Shown one piece after another: positions 1 through 7,743 of a stretch of 64,000 nucleotides of DNA; the stretch's first letter is position 1; each line of letters begins with the position of its first letter. Source of the stretch: an uncultured Candidatus Saccharibacteria bacterium (GTDB lineage Bacteria > Patescibacteriota > Minisyncoccia > UBA6257 > 1-14-0-10-40-38). Both the position numbers and the translations under genes were made by a program. Under the pieces are notes generated by a model that had not been told where the DNA came from, ran no database searches, and worked only from the letters and a program-made list of their open reading frames with translations. The DNA is taken from contig CAYSWC010000002.1 of NCBI GenBank assembly GCA_964434715.1, positions 10,609-74,608 of the forward strand, read 5' to 3'.

Positions 1-119
1 CCCAAAACAATGCCGACAATACCCACGGCAACCAAAATTTCAATCAAGCTCTGTCCCCGGCGATCACCAGGTAATCCCGCCGGCCGTATTAATTTTGAAA
101 TTAACCGACTGATCCCCAT
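1..119 (-). CDS. prepilin-type N-terminal domain protein (partial, continues beyond window edge)
   Basis: Minus-strand frame reads MGISRLISKLIRPAGLPGDRRGQSLIEILVAVGIVGIVLG. This is a basic leader ending in Gly, then a hydrophobic helix with Glu at +5 (type IV pilin class III signal). The ATG at 117-119 is my choice and overlaps the 3' end of the upstream pilin gene. Confidence 0.5.
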   Translation of the reverse strand, partial: MGISRLISKLIRPAGLPGDRRGQSLIEILVAVGIVGIVL

Positions 120-489
120 AGCTTAAAGTAATGTTGCCGCCGGCGCTTGCGGCTGAAAGCGGCGCAAAAACGATTTCCGTGGGACCGCTGATATCAATTC
201 CTTGCGCTCTCGGAAAAATCTCGTCATAGGCCGGATTGCGATTTAAATAATCCGACCCTTCAAAAATAATATAGCTCGCCGCATCAATATAGAGACCGTG
301 TGGCTGGGAATTGCGGTTAGCTAAGGAAAGCGTCCGCGCCCGTCGCAAGAGACTTAAAAACTCGTCACGCTCGGAGATAAAAACATAAGCCTGATAGTGG
401 CTTAAGGCGACTGGAGCGCTAAACGCAAGAATAATTGCCAGCAGCGCCAAGACTATCAAAAGTTCAATAAGCGTAAAACCTTGTCGCAT
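64..489 (-). CDS. type IV pilin-like / pseudopilin protein
   Basis: N-terminus MRQGFTLIELLIVLALLAIILAF matches the prepilin cleavage/methylation motif G|FTLIE followed by a hydrophobic helix. It sits next to pilC and pilB. Confidence 0.8.
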   Translation of the reverse strand: MRQGFTLIELLIVLALLAIILAFSAPVALSHYQAYVFISERDEFLSLLRRARTLSLANRNSQPHGLYIDAASYIIFEGSDYLNRNPAYDEIFPRAQGIDISGPTEIVFAPLSAASAGGNITLSYGDQSVNFKINTAGGITW

Positions 490-516
490 AATGATTTTCG
501 TTTATTAATTTATTGC

Positions 517-1563
517 TTAGCGGATCCCTTGGGTCAGTTTGTAGAGCGGCGTAATAAAGGAAAGCGCGATAAAGCCCACCAAGACGCCCATAAAAATGAG
601 CAGGATTGGTTCTAGGGTGCCGGAGAGGTTTTTTACAAAGTCATCAACTTCAGACTCATAATATTCAGCTAAGTAATTAAGGTTTTCGGTTAAGTTGCCG
701 GTATTTTCGCCCACGGCCACCATATTGGTGAAAATCGCCGGAAAAAATTTTTTCTTCAAAACAAAATGTTTGGAGATGAATTCTCCTTTGCGAACTTTTT
801 CAGCCGCTGATTTTAATTCCCTTTGATAGACCAGATTTATCAGGGTGTCGGCCGTGATATTCACGGCTTCAACAATGCGCACGCCGCTTTTAAGAAGCAA
901 TCCTAAAGTTCTTGAGGAATTCACCAAATTAACCTCAACCACAATTTTCCCGAAAAGCGGTAAACTGATGGCCAGCCGGTGGACTACTTTGCGAAACCCC
1001 TGCGCCCGTAAAAGCAGAATAAAGAGAATGATTAAAACAATGAGGCCTAAAATAACCCAAAGACCGTAATTGGTCAGAAAACCGGCCACGGCAATCAAAA
1101 GGCGGGTAGTAATGGGCAGTTCCACTTTAAGGCTCCGGAAAAGCGGCAAAAGTTTGGGGAAAACAAAAACAATCAAGGTGGTGGCAATCACAATAGTCAC
1201 GAAAAAGATAATGGCCGGATAGATGAGAGCGCCGCGCACTTTGCCCCGGAGTTCGTGACGCTTTTTAAGCTCCAGAGCCAAGTAATTCAGGTTTTCCGGA
1301 AGTGTGCCGCTGGTCTCACCGACTTTCACGATATTGATAAAAAGTTCTCCGAAAGTCGCCCGGAATTTTTCCAAGCTTTTGGAAAGAAACAGCCCCCTCG
1401 TAACATCGGCAATCAGACTTTCAAGAATTTTACCGAAACTGCGCCTCCGCGTTTGGGTTCTGATCATCTTTAAGCTGTCAGTGAGACTCATGCCGGATTT
1501 TAGGGCAATAGAAAGATGCCGACAGAACAGAAACCTCTCTTGTAATGATACCCGTGCAAACAT
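517..1563 (-). CDS. pilC: type IV pilus assembly platform protein PilC (GspF family)
   Basis: Two repeats of the GspF-type domain (VGETSGTLPENLNYLA and VGENTGNLTENLNYLA) with three or more TM segments. Adjacent to the PilB ATPase. Confidence 0.85.
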   Translation of the reverse strand: MFARVSLQERFLFCRHLSIALKSGMSLTDSLKMIRTQTRRRSFGKILESLIADVTRGLFLSKSLEKFRATFGELFINIVKVGETSGTLPENLNYLALELKKRHELRGKVRGALIYPAIIFFVTIVIATTLIVFVFPKLLPLFRSLKVELPITTRLLIAVAGFLTNYGLWVILGLIVLIILFILLLRAQGFRKVVHRLAISLPLFGKIVVEVNLVNSSRTLGLLLKSGVRIVEAVNITADTLINLVYQRELKSAAEKVRKGEFISKHFVLKKKFFPAIFTNMVAVGENTGNLTENLNYLAEYYESEVDDFVKNLSGTLEPILLIFMGVLVGFIALSFITPLYKLTQGIR

Positions 1564-1564
1564 G

Positions 1565-2818
1565 TTATTCGTGGAAAACTCTTAAAACTTCTTCTATGGT
1601 GGTGGTGCCTTTTTTGGCTTTTTCAAAGCCGTCTTCAAGCATGGCGACCATACCGAGTTTGACGGCGGCGGTTTTAATTTCGCTCGCGTTAGCCCGCTTC
1701 ATAATCAGTTCACGGATGGAATCGTCAATCTCCAAAACTTCATGAATGCCGACCCGTCCTTTAAACCCGCTCCCGTCGCATTTTTTGCATCCGGCTCCCA
1801 CAAAAAAATCGCGATGGCTGTCTAAAAGATTATCAGGCAAAGAACTTTTAAGACTCATTACTTCCGCATCAGTCAGCCGCTTTTCCACCCGGCAGTCAGA
1901 ACAAATAGTCCTCACCAGCCGCTGACCAATCGCCACATTGACAGTTGAAGCGATTAGGAACGGCTCCACTCCCATATCCAATAGACGCGGCAGGGTGGTG
2001 GCGGCATCGTTGGTGTGGAGCGTGGAGAGCAATAAGTGGCCGGTCATAGCGGCATTAACCGCGATGGAGGCAGTTTCATTATCCCTGATCTCACCTACCA
2101 TAATAATATTGGGATCCTGACGCAGAATAAAACGCAGTCCTTGGGCAAAAGTCAGGCCAGTTCGGGCATTTACCTGAATCTGATCAATGCCGGCAATCGA
2201 ATATTCAATCGGATCTTCAATAGTAATAATTGAAACTTCTTTGGTGTTTAAAACTTTTAAAATCGCGTAGAGCGTGGTGGTCTTGCCCGAGCCGGTGGGA
2301 CCGGTGGCGAGAATCATGCCGTAGGGTTTTTTAATGGCCCGTTCGATTTTATCCAGATTGGTTTTGGAAAATCCCAAAGTCTCCAGCGTAAAAACCTCGC
2401 CTTGTTGGGCTAAAAGACGCATAACGCAGTTTTCGCCGTAATAAGTGGGGGCGACCGAGACCCGGATATCAATATGATTATGTCCGGCGATTGGTATTTT
2501 AAATCGGCCGTCCTGGGCCGCTTGATGCTCGTCAGTGCGGAGGCCGCTTAAGATTTTAATGCGAGTAATAACCTCTGACTGCAGTTCTTTGGGGAAAGTA
2601 AAATTTTCATGGAGCACGCCGTCAATCCGGAAACGCACCCGCAATTCCTCTTCAGTAGGATCAATGTGGATGTCCGAGGCGCGCATCTCATAAGCGGTTT
2701 CAATCAAGGTATCAACTAGACGAATAACGGAAATATGGCTCGGCGTTCCGGCGAGTTCTTTTTTAATTTCTTCCACGCTTGACTGATGGCGGTGATCTTT
2801 GTCTCCACTCTTGACCAC
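1565..2818 (-). CDS. pilB: type IV pilus assembly ATPase PilB (GspE family)
   Basis: Walker A GPTGSGKTTT, Asp/His boxes (IMVGEIRD, LSTLHTND) and a tetracysteine motif CSDC...CKKCDGSG typical of GspE/PilB. Confidence 0.9.
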   Translation of the reverse strand: MVKSGDKDHRHQSSVEEIKKELAGTPSHISVIRLVDTLIETAYEMRASDIHIDPTEEELRVRFRIDGVLHENFTFPKELQSEVITRIKILSGLRTDEHQAAQDGRFKIPIAGHNHIDIRVSVAPTYYGENCVMRLLAQQGEVFTLETLGFSKTNLDKIERAIKKPYGMILATGPTGSGKTTTLYAILKVLNTKEVSIITIEDPIEYSIAGIDQIQVNARTGLTFAQGLRFILRQDPNIIMVGEIRDNETASIAVNAAMTGHLLLSTLHTNDAATTLPRLLDMGVEPFLIASTVNVAIGQRLVRTICSDCRVEKRLTDAEVMSLKSSLPDNLLDSHRDFFVGAGCKKCDGSGFKGRVGIHEVLEIDDSIRELIMKRANASEIKTAAVKLGMVAMLEDGFEKAKKGTTTIEEVLRVFHE

Positions 2819-2855
2819 GGATGTAATAAATTTATTGGTTTATTAATTTACTGAT

Positions 2856-3329
2856 TTATTGGGCGGCTGATTCGTAATTTAGGATAATTTGCTGTCTGTC
2901 CCGAAGCATTAAATTACCCAACTCCTGACTGGGTAGGCCGTCAACGGTCATCTCCAAAGTAAAGCCGGGACGCTCAAGGGTCTTGTCCCAAACCGTGAAC
3001 AATTGATTTAAAGTAAATTCTTTGCCAGCCAGAATTGATTCCACGTGAATAGTGCCAGAGGCATCATGAGTATGAATCTCGGCCATACAACTCCTAACAA
3101 TGCCGACATTAGCTAGAATGCCCTCCGGCGTACCATCAACAATAATTTGAAGCGCCGGGTGAATATGCAAAGAAGCGTTTTGATGGCTGGGCAAACATTC
3201 CACTCCTGCCTCTTGCCAAACTTTAACTTGCGCTCGTGTCGAATCACTAAACCTCGGCCAAGCGAAAAGAATTATTAATAAAATGACTATGACGATAATT
3301 ATGACGACCGCGGATTTGTTTTTGTTCAT
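2856..3329 (-). CDS. membrane-anchored hypothetical protein with His-rich motifs
   Basis: N-terminal TM (VVIIIVIVILLIILFAW), then HIHPALQIIVDG and EIHTHDASGTIHVES. I recognise no family with a known function. Confidence 0.5.
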   Translation of the reverse strand: MNKNKSAVVIIIVIVILLIILFAWPRFSDSTRAQVKVWQEAGVECLPSHQNASLHIHPALQIIVDGTPEGILANVGIVRSCMAEIHTHDASGTIHVESILAGKEFTLNQLFTVWDKTLERPGFTLEMTVDGLPSQELGNLMLRDRQQIILNYESAAQ

Positions 3330-3409
3330 GAAGTTAATTATACTACAAAAATAGAATAAGATGCCAATCCGCTAATTCTATGCCAATCTACGAATTGCCA
3401 ATATACTAT

Positions 3410-3483
3410 TGCGGGGTCTGCTAATGGTAGGCAACGTGGCTCTGAACCACGGAATCTTGGTTCGATTCCAAGCCCCGCAGCCA
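3410..3483 (+). tRNA. tRNA-Gln (anticodon CTG), CCA encoded
   Basis: Hand-folded cloverleaf. Acceptor TGCGGGG/CCCCGCA with U1-A72 and G73, as in bacterial tRNA-Gln. D stem TGCT/GGCA. Anticodon stem CGTGG/CCACG with loop CTCTGAA. T arm CTTGG-TTCGATT-CCAAG. CCA at 3481-3483. Confidence 0.85.
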
Positions 3484-3484
3484 G

Positions 3485-5038
3485 ATGAGCAAAAAATGGC
3501 TTTTTTTAACTATTGCCGTGATTTTAGGGATAAGCGCTTTTTTTCATTTTATCTCGCCCAATATCCCGGATTTGGATAGCTTCTACTATATCAGGCAAGC
3601 GTGGCTTTACCGAACCGAAGGAATTTTAGACAGCGCTTTTCCCTGGTTGCCTTATTCGGCGATCGGCACTTTTTCCTCTTCGCTGTGGTATGGATTCAGT
3701 ATATTGCTCATCCCTTTTACTTATTTTCAAAACCTTGTCTTGGGGATTAAAGCGGCCGGCCTTTTTCTTACCGCACTTCTCTTGGCAGCTTTTTTAGTGG
3801 TAGTTTCGCGTCAGGGATTAAAACTGCCCTTATTATGGCCATTCTTACTTTTTTTCTCCGCGCCTAATGTTATGGGTCAGTTTATTATGACGCGGCCCCA
3901 AACCGTTTCTTTGATCCTGAACCCTCTTCTCTTTTCATTCTTGATTAAAACATCAACCCATAGGACTCTCGGGCTCGTGATAATTTTTTTAATGTCTTTC
4001 GGAATTGCCTGGTCTCATCTGAATTTTGTCTGGGTTCCGCTTCTAATCTTGGGAATAACAGCAGTGCTGAAATTAATAATTGAAAAAAGATTCATCTTGA
4101 AAGAAATCGCAGCGGTATTCTTGGGAGTATTTCTAGGCTGGTTGGCGCGTCCTAGTCCTCTGGGCGCGCTTAAACTTTTTTATATCCAAGTAGTTGAGCA
4201 AACCTTGGGAAAACAAAGCGGCTTGCCCTTACTTTTCGGTAAAGAAAATTTTCCCCTGAGTTATAAGATTCTTTTTGAAAACTTCTCGCCCTTTATAATC
4301 TTATGGATTCCAGCAATCGTGTTGTTGATAATGCTTTTAAGAAATAAGAATTTAGCTTTTGACAGCGAGAAAAGAATTTTTCTGTGGGCCGCCGCCTTCC
4401 TCTCTGTAATTTTCTTTTTGCTTACCATGTTTGTTGCCCGGCGCGCCTATAATCTTTGGGCAGTTTTTGGGGTACTTTTAATAGCGGGTGTCTTTACTTC
4501 TTTATCCTACCATCTAAAACTCAAAAAATTCGTTAGGCCTGCCAAAATAGCGATCCTCGCCGTTTTTGTCTTTCTCCTTAGCTATTCCAGTTATAAAACC
4601 ATTAATTCTCTCAATCGCAGCAGCTACGAACCTGATAAACTTAAAGAAGTCTCGCTTTGGCTTAAAAATCGTAGTCAGCCCGGTGAAGTTGTATTTAATC
4701 TCCACTGGAGCGATTTCTCGCCGCTCTTTTTTTGGAACCAGAAGAACTACTACATCGGCGGGTTGGATCCGATTTTCCAATATGCCTATAATCCAACCCT
4801 TTACTGGAAATTCCATTATCTTTCGGCTGATCAAGTTACTGATAAAACCTGCGGCGCTATTGCCTGCACCGAATCTATGCTTGAGGATACTTACGAGGTT
4901 TTGGTAAATGATTTCAACGCCAAATATATAGTAGCCGGCAGAAATCACAATCCCCGGGTGTATGCTTATCTTGAAGGCGACACTCGCTTTGAGAAAAAGC
5001 TAGAAACCGCCAAGGAAGCCGTTTTTTTGATTAAATGA
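3485..5038 (+). CDS. polytopic GT-C-fold membrane glycosyltransferase, STT3/AglB-like motifs (paralog 1)
   Basis: About 12 hydrophobic segments. First-loop motif NIPDLDSFYYIRQAW. C-terminal soluble part has EVVFNLHWSDFSPLFFWNQKNYYIGGLDPIF. Paralogous to 5430-6989 and followed by a GT2. Confidence 0.6.
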   Translation: MSKKWLFLTIAVILGISAFFHFISPNIPDLDSFYYIRQAWLYRTEGILDSAFPWLPYSAIGTFSSSLWYGFSILLIPFTYFQNLVLGIKAAGLFLTALLLAAFLVVVSRQGLKLPLLWPFLLFFSAPNVMGQFIMTRPQTVSLILNPLLFSFLIKTSTHRTLGLVIIFLMSFGIAWSHLNFVWVPLLILGITAVLKLIIEKRFILKEIAAVFLGVFLGWLARPSPLGALKLFYIQVVEQTLGKQSGLPLLFGKENFPLSYKILFENFSPFIILWIPAIVLLIMLLRNKNLAFDSEKRIFLWAAAFLSVIFFLLTMFVARRAYNLWAVFGVLLIAGVFTSLSYHLKLKKFVRPAKIAILAVFVFLLSYSSYKTINSLNRSSYEPDKLKEVSLWLKNRSQPGEVVFNLHWSDFSPLFFWNQKNYYIGGLDPIFQYAYNPTLYWKFHYLSADQVTDKTCGAIACTESMLEDTYEVLVNDFNAKYIVAGRNHNPRVYAYLEGDTRFEKKLETAKEAVFLIK

Positions 5039-5058
5039 CGAGTAAAGTAGAAAAATTC

Positions 5059-5340
5059 CTAATGGCTGTGTTCAGCTTTTTCAATCTCCCAGATTTCTTT
5101 GCCAAGATAATGTTCTACCTGTCCTAAATCTCCAAGCAATTGTTCCTCTTTCATTTTTTCTTCACTCGAAAGCAGTTTATTTAATTTTGCTTTTTTAAAA
5201 ACCTCCAGTTCCACCTGAATATCTCGTCTTAATACTGCAAAACCGCGCCGGATTGATTCTTCCACTCTCCTCACCTCTTCCACAAACAGCCGATGTTTCC
5301 TTCGGCCATGAGTAAAGTGGATAACTAGGGATAGCACCAA
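5059..5340 (-). CDS. hypothetical coiled-coil protein (possibly a gene remnant)
   Basis: ORF only, on the opposite strand between two plus-strand paralogs. The charged helical sequence resembles the cytoplasmic tail of the cohesin-type protein at 7744-9471. Confidence 0.25.
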   Translation of the reverse strand: MVLSLVIHFTHGRRKHRLFVEEVRRVEESIRRGFAVLRRDIQVELEVFKKAKLNKLLSSEEKMKEEQLLGDLGQVEHYLGKEIWEIEKAEHSH

Positions 5341-5429
5341 TAATAATCGCGTTTTAAGCTAGCTTTCCTTAGGGCAGCATAGTAAACTCTGGTTAAAGAG
5401 GGCTTTTGAGCGAGCTTCTCTATTTGGCT

Positions 5430-6989
5430 ATGAAAAAACTCTCTTGGATTTTGGGAGTCGCCTGCTTTTTCACACTAGCAGCACTTTTCCATTTTTTGAC
5501 CCTAAATATCAGCGATGCCGACAGTTTTTATCATATCCGGCACGCCTGGCTGTATCGAACAGAAGGTTTATTTCAAAGCGAATTCCCGTGGGTGACTGCT
5601 TCAGTTATTAGTTCCTTAGCGTCCGATCTCTGGTACGGTTTTCACTTGCTCTTAATTCCTTTTACCTACACGTCCGATTTAATAGTTGGAATTAAAATCG
5701 CCGGCGTATTTCTAACCGCAGTTACGCTTTTAATCTTTTATCTAACGCTGAAGAAATTGTTAATCGCTTTCCCTATGTTTTGGACGCTGCTGCTTTTTTT
5801 CGCCACGCCGGATTTAAACTTTCGGCTGACCATGACAAGACCCCACCTTCTCACCCTGGCTTTAAGTACCGCTTTAATTTATTTTCTAAGCTCTCCCCGC
5901 TCTTTGATCGCCATTTTCTTAAGCAGCGCGGCTCTTATCTTTTTTCATCTAGCCCTTGGTTGGCTACCGGTGCTTATTTTTATTGTTATAACGGCCGTAA
6001 AACTGTTCTTGCGTTACCGCTTCGAGTGGCGTCAGCTTGTCGCTTTTATCCTCGGCGGTCTTTTAGGTATTACCTTGAGGCCTAATTTCCTAAACGCCTT
6101 AAAACTCGCTTATATCCAAGTGGTGGATTTACTTAGAGAAAAACTGAAAGAATTACCGATAAGAATCGGTGCGGAACTCAAGTCAGTTGATTGGTCTATT
6201 TTCTTCTATCAGATGCTGCCTGTTCTCCTGCTTTTGACGGCGGCGGCAATTATCCTCGTCATCCTTCTCCGTAAGCGCCGTTTCCAAAATATGCAGGAGT
6301 TGATGCGGATAGCACTCGCAGCCAGTCTTATTCTTTCTATTATTTTCGGAATTCTAACCGGTTTTGTGGCCAGACGCTCTATGGATTTATGGGTAGCTTA
6401 CAGTCTGATTTTTATCGGGCTCGTTTTTACTCATTTCCGTAACCAAACTAATTTCCTTGCCGATTATCGCTGGTTAATTTACGGCGCACCCCTCTTGGTA
6501 ATAGCGGTAATGCCTTTTAATGCCCTGCACTTTGCCTCTTTATACCATCGCCAAGCGATCGCTCCGGATAAATTCAAGGAGGTATCGCTTTGGCTTAAAG
6601 AAAATGCTCGAGCCGGAGAAGTTGTCTTTAATCTCCACTGGGATAATTTTCCGATGCTTTTTTTCTGGAACCAGAAAAATTATTATATTAACGGCATGGA
6701 TCCGATTTTTGAATACGCCTTTAACCAAGGTCTTTACTGGAAAAATTATTTTCTTGACGTTGATACCTTTTATCTTAGAGACGGTAAAGGTTATACTTGT
6801 CCCCAGGTACGCTGTACTGATGAGCTGACCGTCCCAATCTACGAAACCCTTAAAAATGATTTTAAAGCCAGCTATGTCTTTATTGAACAGCGGCGCAACC
6901 CTAAATTTTACAGTTATCTGGAAAACGAATCCTTATTCCAGAAACTTTTTGAGACCAATAAAAAGGAAGCTGTTTTTAAAATCCTATGA
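5430..6989 (+). CDS. polytopic GT-C-fold membrane glycosyltransferase, STT3/AglB-like motifs (paralog 2)
   Basis: Collinear with 3485-5038 (SDADSFYHIRHAW; EVVFNLHWDNFPMLFFWNQKNYYINGMDPIF). ATG at 5430 chosen by alignment to the paralog N-terminus. The ORF track extends to a TTG at 5406. Confidence 0.6.
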   Translation: MKKLSWILGVACFFTLAALFHFLTLNISDADSFYHIRHAWLYRTEGLFQSEFPWVTASVISSLASDLWYGFHLLLIPFTYTSDLIVGIKIAGVFLTAVTLLIFYLTLKKLLIAFPMFWTLLLFFATPDLNFRLTMTRPHLLTLALSTALIYFLSSPRSLIAIFLSSAALIFFHLALGWLPVLIFIVITAVKLFLRYRFEWRQLVAFILGGLLGITLRPNFLNALKLAYIQVVDLLREKLKELPIRIGAELKSVDWSIFFYQMLPVLLLLTAAAIILVILLRKRRFQNMQELMRIALAASLILSIIFGILTGFVARRSMDLWVAYSLIFIGLVFTHFRNQTNFLADYRWLIYGAPLLVIAVMPFNALHFASLYHRQAIAPDKFKEVSLWLKENARAGEVVFNLHWDNFPMLFFWNQKNYYINGMDPIFEYAFNQGLYWKNYFLDVDTFYLRDGKGYTCPQVRCTDELTVPIYETLKNDFKASYVFIEQRRNPKFYSYLENESLFQKLFETNKKEAVFKIL

Positions 6990-7738
6990 CTAGAGGCGTT
7001 TCTATTATCATCCCCGCCTTCAACGAGGCGGCCACACTCAAGACTGCCGTTCAAAAAGTACTCCAGGTCGATCTTCGCGGGTTAAATCTTAAAAAGGAAA
7101 TTATTGTTGTTGACGACGGTTCGACTGATGAGACTAGAGGCATTCTCGAGGCCCTTAAAAAAAACGGCATCAATGTTTTACGTCATGAAGACAATAGGGG
7201 CAAGGGTATGGCTATTCAAACCGGCCTTAAAGAAAGCGCCGAAGACATCGTCCTTATCCAGGACGCTGATCTTGAATACAACCCCCAAGATTACAAGAAG
7301 CTGCTTGAACCGATTACGGCCGGCGTAGCCGACGTTGTCTATGGTTCACGGTTTGTCGGTTCTTCGCCGCACCGCGTGCTTTTCTTCTGGCATTACTTCG
7401 GCAATAAAATCATTACCTTTCTGACTAATTTAGTGGCTAATCTTAATCTCACCGATATTGAAACCGGCTTCAAAGCTTTTCGCAGGGAAGCTATTTTATC
7501 GGTAAAGCTTAAAGAAGCTCGTTTCGGTTTTGAGCCGGAGGTAACTATTAAATTAGCCAGAGGCCGGTGGCGCTTCTACGAAGTTGGTATTTCTTATTAT
7601 GCGCGTGATTACTCGCAGGGTAAAAAAATCCGCTGGACCGATGGTTTGCTCGCGATCTGGACTATTATGCGTTTAAGTCCGGGATTAAGTATTGTTTTGG
7701 CACTTATCCTAATTGTTCTCTTCCTAATATCCCTCTAA
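6986..7738 (+). CDS. family 2 glycosyltransferase (polyprenol-phosphate sugar synthase-like)
   Basis: SIIIPAFNEA, VVDDGSTDET and QDADLEY (DxD) motifs of GT2/Dpm1-like enzymes, with a C-terminal TM. Overlaps the upstream GT-C gene by 4 nt. Confidence 0.85.
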   Translation: MTRGVSIIIPAFNEAATLKTAVQKVLQVDLRGLNLKKEIIVVDDGSTDETRGILEALKKNGINVLRHEDNRGKGMAIQTGLKESAEDIVLIQDADLEYNPQDYKKLLEPITAGVADVVYGSRFVGSSPHRVLFFWHYFGNKIITFLTNLVANLNLTDIETGFKAFRREAILSVKLKEARFGFEPEVTIKLARGRWRFYEVGISYYARDYSQGKKIRWTDGLLAIWTIMRLSPGLSIVLALILIVLFLISL

Positions 7739-7743
7739 TCCTT

